This document shows, one piece after another, positions 46,100 to 55,028 of a stretch of 64,000 nt of DNA. Numbering within the stretch: the stretch's first letter is position 1; each line of letters starts with the position of its first letter. Source of the DNA: Rickettsiales bacterium (GTDB taxonomy: Bacteria > Pseudomonadota > Alphaproteobacteria > Rickettsiales > UBA998); the NCBI GenBank assembly GCA_028279475.1, contig JANQNR010000011.1, positions 4,082 to 68,081 on the forward strand, read 5' to 3'. The notes below the pieces were generated by a model. That model was not told the DNA's origin and searched no databases. It saw only the letters and a program-made list of their open reading frames with translations. The translations under genes and the position numbers were made by a program.

Positions 46100-46113
46100 T
46101 TGATTTATGTCAA
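46100..46113. promoter_or_regulatory. FNR/FixK-type box in the divergent cco / fnr intergenic region
   Basis: TTGATTTATGTCAA (TTGAT-N4-GTCAA). Its centre is about 70 nt upstream of the fnr ATG and about 42 nt upstream of the annotated ATG of the DsbD_2-like gene. Confidence 0.6.
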
Positions 46114-46175
46114 ATTCGGCACATCAATCATGATCTTTCCTTGTAGAAATATGCGTAATCCGCTATTTAAGCGGT

Positions 46176-46922
46176 ATGCTTCACGCCAGCATTCCCATTG
46201 AAGATTGTCATCACATTATCCGGCATCTGGAAAAATCCGTGCTTTTTTCGCAGGTCTCGCACGATACGCTGCAGGAATTTGCAACACATGCCCGTCTGCG
46301 CAATGAAACCAAAGGGAAAATCCTGTTTATACAGGAAGATGAAGCACAGTGGTTTTACCTGATCGTTCAGGGGTGGATAAAGTTATTTCGGGAAACTATT
46401 GACGGGACAGAAGCTGTTATTGACGTGTTGAATGATGGTCACCTGTTTGGCGACACGGCTGTGTTTGAAAATAATCGCTATAGCTACAGCGCTGAAGTTG
46501 CTGAAAACACACAGCTCATCGTATTACCGACCTCCATCCTGCAACAGGAAATAAAATCCAATAACCAGATAGCGTTAAACATGCTGTCCAGCATGGCACA
46601 GCATCGGCGTCAACAGAGCCGTGAAATCGAGCATCTTAATATTCAGAATGCCCCACAACGCATCGGTTGCTTTCTGCTGCGCCTATGTCCGTCAGAATCA
46701 CCGGATGCTATTACTATTCACTTACCCTACGATAAAATGCTGATTGCTTCACGCTTAGGTATGCAACCGGAAACCTTTTCCCGCGCATTATCAAAACTCA
46801 AAGCGGAAACCGGTATTACTCTAAAAGGATCGGCTGTGACTATCAGCGACCTTTCAGGATTGATTGACTACACATGCAATCACTGCTCGATCAGTTTTCC
46901 CTGTGAAGAGAGCAAAAACTAA
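46176..46922 (+). CDS. fnr: Crp/Fnr family transcriptional regulator (FNR-type HTH, C-terminal Cys triad)
   Basis: cNMP-binding-like barrel. HTH LIASRLGMQPETFSRALSKL (E--SR as in FNR/FixK). C-terminus TCNHCSISFPCEESKN. Confidence 0.85.
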   Translation: MLHASIPIEDCHHIIRHLEKSVLFSQVSHDTLQEFATHARLRNETKGKILFIQEDEAQWFYLIVQGWIKLFRETIDGTEAVIDVLNDGHLFGDTAVFENNRYSYSAEVAENTQLIVLPTSILQQEIKSNNQIALNMLSSMAQHRRQQSREIEHLNIQNAPQRIGCFLLRLCPSESPDAITIHLPYDKMLIASRLGMQPETFSRALSKLKAETGITLKGSAVTISDLSGLIDYTCNHCSISFPCEESKN

Positions 46923-47290
46923 TCCATTCCCACGCGATTCTTGAGCCACTGCCAGTCCAGTTTCGCAGGTTCGCTGATATAGGCTTCCGGGTTTTCCACC
47001 ACCTGCTTCAGGTAACTGATATTCAAACGCCATCCTGATGTATCAGACTGCTGTGAATCATCCATCACCTCAATATGCTTATCATGCATACGCAGTTGGT
47101 AATCCCCTTTGGGCTCATCATCGTAGATGGTGACATGCATGCCGTCTTCATCCTGAAAATCCTCCGCCGCCTCCCAGATATATTTATAGGGAAATTCTTC
47201 CTTATGCGCTTCCATCGCCTGATTGCAGACCTCCAGAAATTGCTGGAACAGTTCATGAACCTGTTGTGTCTTCGCCTGCATATCATTCAC
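46919..47290 (-). CDS. hypothetical acidic protein (123 aa)
   Basis: ORF only. Overlaps the upstream small ORF by 8 nt and the fnr 3' end by 4 nt. Confidence 0.5.
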   Translation of the reverse strand: MNDMQAKTQQVHELFQQFLEVCNQAMEAHKEEFPYKYIWEAAEDFQDEDGMHVTIYDDEPKGDYQLRMHDKHIEVMDDSQQSDTSGWRLNISYLKQVVENPEAYISEPAKLDWQWLKNRVGMD

Positions 47291-47486
47291 TCCAGAACGT
47301 CATCCATAGCGGCACCCAGATCAGAGAGGTCGTAATGATCCCCTTGATTGTCTGATACCCGATCCATAGCCAGAAGACTTTTCCGCCCTTCTCCTTACCT
47401 GCCGCCCTGAGTTTTGATGCGAATGCATGATGTGATAGTGGCATGGCCATGGTCAGTATGCTCCGTTTACGGTTACTTATTTCCAT
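47283..47486 (-). CDS. hypothetical small membrane protein (67 aa)
   Basis: ORF with a Trp-rich hydrophobic C-terminus (VFWLWIGYQTIKGIITTSLIWVPLWMTFW). Translationally coupled to the next ORF. Confidence 0.4.
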   Translation of the reverse strand: MEISNRKRSILTMAMPLSHHAFASKLRAAGKEKGGKVFWLWIGYQTIKGIITTSLIWVPLWMTFWSE

Positions 47487-47532
47487 TAGAGAACAACCGG
47501 GACAATGATAAATTGACTTTGGTCAATCACCG

Positions 47533-48162
47533 CTAATTATTTGACGGGCTCTGAGGTGTGGTGAGTAGTATGGCCGCTTCCGATGCAGCCGCCTCCGCCA
47601 ACACTAAAACACTTTGCCATGGATGCGCGGCGTCATAGAATTGTGTATGACGTTTTATTGTTGTCACACTTAATATCTGCGTCTGATTCCTTGTAAACAC
47701 AGTATCCATATCCAAACTGACATAGGCGGGTAGTGTGGCCACCTGCTCCGAATGTACATGATGGTCAAACACATTCTGGCCATTCACCTCCGGTATGGTA
47801 AGCGTTGCGGATTGTTCCTGCACCTCGACATTCATCACATACGGAGCGGCAATCAACGTGGCATCCTGTTGATTATCCACCACCTGCACGCCACGGCGCA
47901 TCAGCGCCAGGCCAAGCTGCGAGCGGTAATACAGCGCCACTTTAAGCGCAACGGATTCCGTATCTGTGCCTTGCAAGGCTTCACCTACTCTTGGTGTCGT
48001 AATATAAACCCTGGCATCCTGAGCCAGTGGATGCGATGCGACATCTATCACAGTGAGTGCAGTATCCTCACCCTTTTCAGAAAAAGTCGCTGAAAATGGC
48101 GTATCACCGCATGCAGCAACAAACGTACAACATACTACTAATAGACAGAGCCTGCGAAACAT
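47533..48162 (-). CDS. putative lipoprotein, unknown function
   Basis: MFRRLCLLVVCCTFVAACGD has a signal peptide plus lipobox (VAA-C). Confidence 0.65.
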   Translation of the reverse strand: MFRRLCLLVVCCTFVAACGDTPFSATFSEKGEDTALTVIDVASHPLAQDARVYITTPRVGEALQGTDTESVALKVALYYRSQLGLALMRRGVQVVDNQQDATLIAAPYVMNVEVQEQSATLTIPEVNGQNVFDHHVHSEQVATLPAYVSLDMDTVFTRNQTQILSVTTIKRHTQFYDAAHPWQSVLVLAEAAASEAAILLTTPQSPSNN

Positions 48163-48273
48163 ACAGAGAGCACTAGCGGATCGGACATGCTAACACAAGT
48201 GAAAGCAATCGAGACATTTACTTGTGAAACCAGCGATTTTGCGATAGGAGGGACTCTGGAGAACGCATTTGCC

Positions 48274-49653
48274 ATGAATGACTACCTTCTGATTTCACTT
48301 TTCTGTTTTGGCGTGCTTGCTTATGCACTGAGCTACCGCACAGCAAAAAACATGCGAGTGGCAACCATGCATCAAGGAAACAGCGGACGTCTGGCCGCAT
48401 TGCCGGTGCATTTCGCTGTCTATGGCCTTGGACGCACCCTGTGGATTCCCATCCTGCTGGCGATCCTCTGGTTGATCTTCCGCCACCCGATTGTGGAAAT
48501 GGCACTACTCTCCCAGTTACCGATCTCGGAAACACAGGATCAGGCATTTTTCCTTAATGACGTTCGCAGGGCGCTGGCTACCGGTGAATTACCGACCGAA
48601 AACACAGACATAGCGCACTGGGCATCCACTTATCAGGCGCTATTATCAAAGCTTGATCGTATATTCTTTCCAGGTGCCATCATACTAGCACTCGTTGGTT
48701 TACTGACTACATACCGTCATGCACGCCATGGCATAGAAGCACGGCGTATCATAGAAAGATGGGCGCGTAACGGTATGCGCCTTGCCGCTTCCGTTTCCAT
48801 TGGCATAACGGCGTTGATTTTCTTTGCCGTGATCTATGAAGCCGGCCTGTTTTTCGGCAGGGTGCCGGTATGGGATTTTCTGTTGGGAACCCAATGGAGT
48901 CCGCAAACCGCCATTCGCGCTGGACAGGCAGGTGCTTCGGGTACATTCGGCGTCTTACCTCTCTTTGCCGGCACATTACTGATTACCGCCGTAGCGCTGA
49001 TTGTCGCCGTGCCGATCGGATTAATGGCGGCGATCTATATGAGTGAGTACGCCTCAAAACCAGTACGGCGCATCGGCAAACCTACCTTGGAGATATTGGC
49101 CGGTATTCCTACGGTCGTCTACGGCTTTTTTGCCATCATCACCATGGCACCATTTTTACGAGATGCAGGCGCAGTGCTTGGGCTGGACGTTGCTTCAGAA
49201 AGCGCACTGGCTGCTGGTCTGGTGATGGGGATCATGATGGTACCGCTGGTATCCTCCTTCAGTGATGATGCGCTCAAAGCTGTCCCCGATACCTTGCGTG
49301 ATGCCAGCCTGGGACTGGGTGCCACGCAGTCGGAAACCATTCGCCGCGTATTGATACCAGCCGCCCTGCCCGGTATCATTAGCGGCATCCTGCTCGCCGC
49401 CTCCCGCGCCATCGGCGAAACGATGATCGTGGTCATGGCCGCCGGACTCTCGGCCAATCTGACCATTAACCCGCTGGAATCCGTCACCACCATTACCGTA
49501 CAAATCGTTGCCTTACTAGTTGGCGATCAAGAATTCGGCTCGACCAAAACCCTGGCTGCATTTGCATTGGGGTTGACGCTGTTTCTGTTTACGCTATGCC
49601 TCAATATCGTTGCCCTCATCACGGTGAGAAAATACCGGCAAGTCTATGAATAA
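48274..49653 (+). CDS. pstC: phosphate ABC transporter permease PstC (long form)
   Basis: C-terminal half has the PstC EAA-type permease core (GTFGVLPLFAGTLLIT...AASRAIGETMIVVMAAG). ATG at 48274 with a GGAGA RBS. The ORF track starts at 48187. Confidence 0.9.
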   Translation: MNDYLLISLFCFGVLAYALSYRTAKNMRVATMHQGNSGRLAALPVHFAVYGLGRTLWIPILLAILWLIFRHPIVEMALLSQLPISETQDQAFFLNDVRRALATGELPTENTDIAHWASTYQALLSKLDRIFFPGAIILALVGLLTTYRHARHGIEARRIIERWARNGMRLAASVSIGITALIFFAVIYEAGLFFGRVPVWDFLLGTQWSPQTAIRAGQAGASGTFGVLPLFAGTLLITAVALIVAVPIGLMAAIYMSEYASKPVRRIGKPTLEILAGIPTVVYGFFAIITMAPFLRDAGAVLGLDVASESALAAGLVMGIMMVPLVSSFSDDALKAVPDTLRDASLGLGATQSETIRRVLIPAALPGIISGILLAASRAIGETMIVVMAAGLSANLTINPLESVTTITVQIVALLVGDQEFGSTKTLAAFALGLTLFLFTLCLNIVALITVRKYRQVYE

Positions 49654-50833
49654 CGACGCTTACCTCAAACGCATCCATGCCCGCCACCGCGCCGAGCGAC
49701 GTTTCCGACGCTACGGCCTACTGGCATTACTGGCGGCGGCCGCCATGTTGCTGGTGTTACTTGCCAGTATCTTCACCCCCGGCATGAAGGGGTTACAGCA
49801 TAGCCTCGTGACACTGGAACTGCACGACACACAAGGGGAATTATCCGCAAAGGCGGCACTTGCGGCGCGCTTCCCTGATGTCAGCGGTAGACGGGATAAA
49901 CGCGATCTTGCACGGTTACTTGCTCCTCATGCCGACAGTTACATCACCCCGGAAGCACAGCACAGCATCACCGTCCCACTCTCTAGCAGCGCTGATTTAT
50001 GGATTAAGGATGGGATGCCACAGGACAAGCATCGCCACTATGGACTCAGCCTAAAACAAGCGGAATGGCTGAAGGAACTAGAACAAGCCGATACAATAGA
50101 TACGACTATGAAATGGGCCTTCTTTGTTGAAGGGGATTCACGAGAACCGGAGAAAGCCGGATTTGGCGGTAGTATTCTCGGCTCGCTGTTTGTGGTGCTG
50201 ATTTGTCTGGTCGTAACATTGCCGCTTGGTGTCGCAGCAGCGGTGTATCTGGAAGAATTCGCCAAACCGTCGCGCTGGAAGGATCTGATTGAGGTCAATA
50301 TCAACAACCTGGCGGCTATTCCCTCCATTATCTATGGGTTACTTGGCCTGTTCGTTTATCTGGCGCTATTCGGACTGCCACGATCCTCGGCCCTGGTAGG
50401 AGGACTAACCCTGTCACTCCTAACCCTGCCGATGATTATCATCGCCACACGTGTTGCACTGAATGCCGTACCCAACTCCCTACGCAATGCGGCACGCGGT
50501 ATGGGTGCCTCGCCATTACAGGTCGTAACCCATCATGTCCTGCCACAGGCCATGCCGGGCATTATGACCGGCACGATTTTGGGAATGGCGCGGGCAATCG
50601 GAGAAACCGCTCCCCTGTTGATGATCGGCATGGTCGCCTTTATCGCCACGCCGCCGGAAAGCCTGAACGACCCGGCAACCGCCATGCCAGTGCAGATTTA
50701 TCTCTGGGCCAGCAGCCCGGAACAGGGCTTTGTCCAGAAAACCGCCAGCGGGATTTTAGTCCTGATTACGATATTGCTTTGCATGAACCTGCTGGCGAAC
50801 TATATACGTGGCAGAAGTGAAAGGAAACGTTAG
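49646..50833 (+). CDS. pstA: phosphate ABC transporter permease PstA (long form)
   Basis: [33 protein letters not shown]...[14 protein letters not shown]. Confidence 0.9.
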   Translation: MNNDAYLKRIHARHRAERRFRRYGLLALLAAAAMLLVLLASIFTPGMKGLQHSLVTLELHDTQGELSAKAALAARFPDVSGRRDKRDLARLLAPHADSYITPEAQHSITVPLSSSADLWIKDGMPQDKHRHYGLSLKQAEWLKELEQADTIDTTMKWAFFVEGDSREPEKAGFGGSILGSLFVVLICLVVTLPLGVAAAVYLEEFAKPSRWKDLIEVNINNLAAIPSIIYGLLGLFVYLALFGLPRSSALVGGLTLSLLTLPMIIIATRVALNAVPNSLRNAARGMGASPLQVVTHHVLPQAMPGIMTGTILGMARAIGETAPLLMIGMVAFIATPPESLNDPATAMPVQIYLWASSPEQGFVQKTASGILVLITILLCMNLLANYIRGRSERKR

Positions 50834-50834
50834 G

Positions 50835-51626
50835 ATGACAGCAGCCAGAGCAAGTAAAACATCACCGGTTTCACTTCGCATGCAAGCCGATAACGTGAAT
50901 GTCTATTATGGAGACAAACAGGCACTGTTTGACGTATCCATGCCCTTCCCTTCTCAGAGTGTCACCGCACTGATTGGCCCCTCCGGCTGCGGAAAATCTA
51001 CCTTCCTACGGTGCTTTAATCGGATGAACGACACGATTGACGGATGCCGCACCACTGGTAGCATTACCCTGGACAGCGAAGATATTTATGCCCCGGATCA
51101 GGATGTCGTCTTGCTGCGTGCCCATGTCGGAATGGTCTTCCAAAAGCCCAACCCCTTCCCCAAGAGCATCTATGACAACGTCGCCTATGGACCGCGCCTA
51201 CACGGCCTGTGTGCAAACAAAGCAGCGCTGGATGAAGTAGTCGAAACCAGCCTGAAACGAGTCGCGCTATGGGAAGAAGTTAAAGACCGGTTGCAACAAT
51301 CAGCATTGGGACTCTCCGGTGGCCAACAGCAGCGCCTGTGCATCGCCCGCACCATCGCCGTACAACCCGATGTCATGCTGATGGACGAACCCTGCTCGGC
51401 GCTTGATCCCATCGCTACGGCACGTATCGAAGAACTGATCGGCGAGCTGAAGCAGGACTTTACCATCATCATGGTCACCCACTCTATGCAACAGGCACGG
51501 CGAGTATCTGATTATACTGGGTTTTTCCACTTGGGGCACGTCATCGAATATGGCGATACAACACAGATATTCGATCATCCGAAAGAACAAAAGACTAAGG
51601 ATTACGTCAGCGGCGTGTATGGGTGA
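50835..51626 (+). CDS. pstB: phosphate ABC transporter ATP-binding protein
   Basis: [15 protein letters not shown]...[21 protein letters not shown]...[16 protein letters not shown]. Confidence 0.95.
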   Translation: MTAARASKTSPVSLRMQADNVNVYYGDKQALFDVSMPFPSQSVTALIGPSGCGKSTFLRCFNRMNDTIDGCRTTGSITLDSEDIYAPDQDVVLLRAHVGMVFQKPNPFPKSIYDNVAYGPRLHGLCANKAALDEVVETSLKRVALWEEVKDRLQQSALGLSGGQQQRLCIARTIAVQPDVMLMDEPCSALDPIATARIEELIGELKQDFTIIMVTHSMQQARRVSDYTGFFHLGHVIEYGDTTQIFDHPKEQKTKDYVSGVYG

Positions 51627-51665
51627 GTATTATTGCAGGACTTGTCGGAACAATCATAATCTGGT

Positions 51666-51688
51666 ATTCTTACCAGTAAGATTCTTAC
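51666..51688. promoter_or_regulatory. candidate VapB operator of the second vapBC locus
   Basis: ATTCTTACCAGTAAGATTCTTAC contains the palindrome CTTAC-CA-GTAAG plus a direct repeat ATTCTTAC. It lies 18-40 bp upstream of the vapB ATG. Confidence 0.35.
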
Positions 51689-51705
51689 TTAGTTAGGGTA
51701 TTGAT

Positions 51706-51933
51706 ATGTTAATTACCTCCAAGGGGCAAGTCACCATCCCGAAAGAACTACGTGAAGCATTGGGGCTGTTGCCACATACCCATGTAGAATTTGAACGTGT
51801 TGGGAATGAACTGCGTGTAAAAAAGGCGGATCATCGTTCAAATCGGGGAGCAAAGTTGATTGACCATATAACCGGAAAATCTACGGTAACGATGGGAACC
51901 GATGAAATTATGCGTCTCACACGCGGCGAATAA
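51706..51933 (+). CDS. vapB: AbrB/SpoVT-type antitoxin (VapB-like)
   Basis: MLITSKGQVTIPKELREALGL... Confidence 0.85.
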   Translation: MLITSKGQVTIPKELREALGLLPHTHVEFERVGNELRVKKADHRSNRGAKLIDHITGKSTVTMGTDEIMRLTRGE

Positions 51934-52334
51934 TGCCGACTCTGGTCGATAGTAACGTCATTCTTGACATTCTGACACAAGATGCACGCTGGTATGACTG
52001 GTCGGCAAATGTATTAGAACAATGTGCAGAAACCGGTACGCTCTGCATTAACCCAATCATCTACGCTGAAATATCCATAAGCTTTCATCGCATCGAAGAA
52101 CTTGAAGCAGCACTACCTGCCACATGGTTTCAAAGAGAACCATTACCATACGAGGCAGCATTCCTGGCAGGGAAATGCTTTCTGAACTACAAGAAACGCG
52201 GAGGGAATAAAGCGTCTCCATTGCCGGATTTTTTCATTGGGGCACATGCGACGATTCGTGGCTGGACACTACTCACCCGCGATAAGGCACGCTATGGTAC
52301 GTATTTTCCCTCGTTAAAAATCATTACTCCATAA
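51933..52334 (+). CDS. vapC: PIN-domain toxin (VapC-like)
   Basis: MPTLVDSNVILDILTQD...LLTRD. 1-nt overlap with the vapB stop. Confidence 0.85.
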   Translation: MPTLVDSNVILDILTQDARWYDWSANVLEQCAETGTLCINPIIYAEISISFHRIEELEAALPATWFQREPLPYEAAFLAGKCFLNYKKRGGNKASPLPDFFIGAHATIRGWTLLTRDKARYGTYFPSLKIITP

Positions 52335-52361
52335 ATTATGAAAGCGAAAGCAGCTTGAAAA

Positions 52362-52395
52362 TTGTCATGAAAATGTCATGGCACGTCGTTATAAT
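52362..52395 (+). promoter_or_regulatory. Pho-box-like direct repeat plus a -10 hexamer
   Basis: TTGTCAT-GAAA-ATGTCAT: two 7-bp TGTCAT-type repeats with an 11-bp period. Ten nt further on is TATAAT (52390-52395). It lies 23 nt upstream of the ATG at 52418. Confidence 0.45.
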
Positions 52396-52417
52396 GTAGT
52401 GCAGGAAGCATTGAAGC

Positions 52418-52891
52418 ATGACACAAGGCACACGCAAATCTCCCCTCATGGAAGGGCTTAAAGCCGGATGGAAGGAATTTTTCGTTCCGCCAGAGCACTT
52501 TAAACGTGACCTGATTACAGCAGTCATCGTAGGCGTTTGCCTGTTTGGCCTATCTAGTGGTATTAATGCGCTAGCACTTCCTGGTCTGGCCGTACCAAGC
52601 TTCATCTCCGCCGCATCGGGTGCAATGTTCGTCTTAAACTTTAACTATCTCAATGGGGTGTGGAAATCAGCCGCTGATGCTTTCAGCAATGCATATGAAG
52701 CGACTAAAGCACAAAACGAAGGGGTAGTTCCTTCGCTGGAACCGTCACTCGGTAGGCAGCAATCCCAGGCACAAATACAGGCAAAAGTATCAATGCAAGA
52801 CACACAGCGCGACCCTGACGCACCTTCCACACATGTGCATGAGATTGCCGACATCCTGTCGCCGACCCAAGAGCAGCACGTCAGTCGTTAA
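52418..52891 (+). CDS. hypothetical membrane protein (157 aa) with a Gln-rich tail
   Basis: ORF with 2 TM helices (LITAVIVGVCLFGLSSGI, AVPSFISAASGAMFVL). No family recognised. Confidence 0.5.
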   Translation: MTQGTRKSPLMEGLKAGWKEFFVPPEHFKRDLITAVIVGVCLFGLSSGINALALPGLAVPSFISAASGAMFVLNFNYLNGVWKSAADAFSNAYEATKAQNEGVVPSLEPSLGRQQSQAQIQAKVSMQDTQRDPDAPSTHVHEIADILSPTQEQHVSR

Positions 52892-52976
52892 GTTCATGAC
52901 GCTTCGGGTAGACAGTAGCATTCCAGCCTAGTATAACCTGCTTTCTCACCTACCTATAAAAAAGGCACTGAAAGCA

Positions 52977-54377
52977 ATGGCACGCACCTTATTCGATAAA
53001 ATCTGGGACGCACATCTGGTAGACACACAACCCGATGGCACCGCGCTGATCTATATTGATCGGCACATGGTGCATGAAGTCACCAGTCCGCAAGCCTTTG
53101 AAGGACTCCGCCTGGCCGGACGCCCCGTGCGTCGCCCGGACGCCACGCTGGCCGTTGCCGACCATAATGTCCCGACCACGCCAGATCGTGCGCAGGGTAT
53201 CAAGGATGAAACGTCCCGTATTCAGGTCGAAACGCTGGAAGCCAACTGTGCCGAATTCGGAGTGACTTATTTCTCCATGCATGACAAGCGCCAAGGCATT
53301 GTGCATGTGGTCGGTCCGGAACAAGGTTTTACCCAGCCGGGCATGACTATCGTTTGTGGTGATTCGCACACCTCCACCCACGGTGCCTTCGGAGCGCTGG
53401 CGTTTGGTATCGGTACCAGCGAAGTCGAACATGTATTGGCAACACAAACCCTGCGCCAGAAGAAGCCGGGAAATCTTCGTGTGACTGTGAATGGAACACT
53501 CGGCACCGGCGTCGGTGCCAAAGACATCGTACTGGCCATTATCGGCGAATTAGGCACCGCGGGCGGCACCGGTTACGTCATCGAGTATGCCGGGGAAGCC
53601 ATTCGGAATCTGTCGATGGAAGGACGCATGACGGTATGCAATATGTCAATCGAAGCGGGCGCACGCGCTGGATTGATCGCCCCGGACGAAGTCACCTTCG
53701 ACTATATCAAAGGCCGCCCACTCGCGCCAAAAGACTGGGATGCTGCTACCGCTTACTGGCGGCAATTCGTCAGCGATGAAGACGCAGTTTTCGACCGGGA
53801 GATTGTGTTGGATGCAGCGGACATTGCTCCACAAGTGACCTGGGGCACTAGCCCACAGGACGTACTCCCTATTACCGCTACCATCCCTACGCCGGACAGT
53901 TTTAATGATCAAAACCGTCAGCAGGCTGTGAGCCGATCCCTGGACTATATGGGACTCACCCCCGGCACACGCTTGCAGGATGTCGCCGTCGATAAAATCT
54001 TTATCGGCTCCTGTACCAATGGCCGCATTGAAGATTTCCGTGAAGCAGCCGCGATCGCAAAAGGACGCAAAGTGGCGGATAACGTGACGTTGGCTATGGT
54101 CGTGCCCGGCTCTGGGCTGGTCAAGGAACAGGCGGAAGCAGAAGGTTTAGATCGTATTTTCAAGGATGCCGGATTCGAGTGGCGTGAACCGGGTTGCTCC
54201 ATGTGCCTGGCCATGAATGCCGACAAGCTGGCGCCCGGCGAGCGCTGCGCCTCCACGTCCAACCGGAATTTTGAAGGACGGCAGGGACGTGGTGGCCGTA
54301 CCCATCTACTCAGCCCGTCGATGGCCGTTGCTGCTGCGGTCACTGGTCGTCTGACAGATGTGCGTGAACTCGCCTGA
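52977..54377 (+). CDS. leuC: 3-isopropylmalate dehydratase large subunit
   Basis: [15 protein letters not shown]...[21 protein letters not shown]...[12 protein letters not shown]. Confidence 0.97.
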   Translation: MARTLFDKIWDAHLVDTQPDGTALIYIDRHMVHEVTSPQAFEGLRLAGRPVRRPDATLAVADHNVPTTPDRAQGIKDETSRIQVETLEANCAEFGVTYFSMHDKRQGIVHVVGPEQGFTQPGMTIVCGDSHTSTHGAFGALAFGIGTSEVEHVLATQTLRQKKPGNLRVTVNGTLGTGVGAKDIVLAIIGELGTAGGTGYVIEYAGEAIRNLSMEGRMTVCNMSIEAGARAGLIAPDEVTFDYIKGRPLAPKDWDAATAYWRQFVSDEDAVFDREIVLDAADIAPQVTWGTSPQDVLPITATIPTPDSFNDQNRQQAVSRSLDYMGLTPGTRLQDVAVDKIFIGSCTNGRIEDFREAAAIAKGRKVADNVTLAMVVPGSGLVKEQAEAEGLDRIFKDAGFEWREPGCSMCLAMNADKLAPGERCASTSNRNFEGRQGRGGRTHLLSPSMAVAAAVTGRLTDVRELA

Positions 54378-54976
54378 TGGCAGCTTTCCATGAGTGCACC
54401 TTTATCGCCGGCAGCAATACAAAGGACGCCCTGCCCCCTATCGGGTTACCGGAAATTGCCTTTGCCGGGCGCTCGAATGTCGGTAAGTCCAGCCTGATTA
54501 ACGCAGTGCTGGGACGCAAGGCATTAGCGCGCACCTCACAAACGCCAGGGCGTACACGGCAACTCAATTTCTTTGATATTGAAAGAAAGTTTGTGCTCGT
54601 CGATCTACCGGGCTATGGCTACGCCAAAGCCTCCAAGCGCGACATCGCCCACTGGACGGAGTTGACCAAAGACTATCTATGCGGCCGCCCGACATTACGG
54701 CGCGTGTTTTTACTGCTGGATGCCCGGCGTGACAAGCCCAATGCGGACGACATTGCCTGGATGGACATGCTGGACGCTGCTGCCGTGCCCTACCGCCTGA
54801 CACTGACCAAAATTGACAAGGTGAAGCCAGGAATATTGGAAACCCGCATGGCGCAACTGACTGAGATCGCGCGCACTCACCCTGCCGCCATACCGGAGCC
54901 AATTGCAACATCTAGCGAGACTACTGCCGGGGTTAAAGCGCTGCGCACCGAATTGCTGGCTGCTTGTCGGAATTAG
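54377..54976 (+). CDS. engB: ribosome biogenesis GTP-binding protein YihA/EngB
   Basis: PEIAFAGRSNVGKSSLINAVLGRKALARTSQTPGRTRQLNFF...LVDLPGYGYAK. Confidence 0.93.
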   Translation: MAAFHECTFIAGSNTKDALPPIGLPEIAFAGRSNVGKSSLINAVLGRKALARTSQTPGRTRQLNFFDIERKFVLVDLPGYGYAKASKRDIAHWTELTKDYLCGRPTLRRVFLLLDARRDKPNADDIAWMDMLDAAAVPYRLTLTKIDKVKPGILETRMAQLTEIARTHPAAIPEPIATSSETTAGVKALRTELLAACRN

Positions 54977-55028
54977 CGTTTGACTTTTAAGTAGAGCTTT
55001 CCTACAACGAATCCTCCTTGAATCCCGT

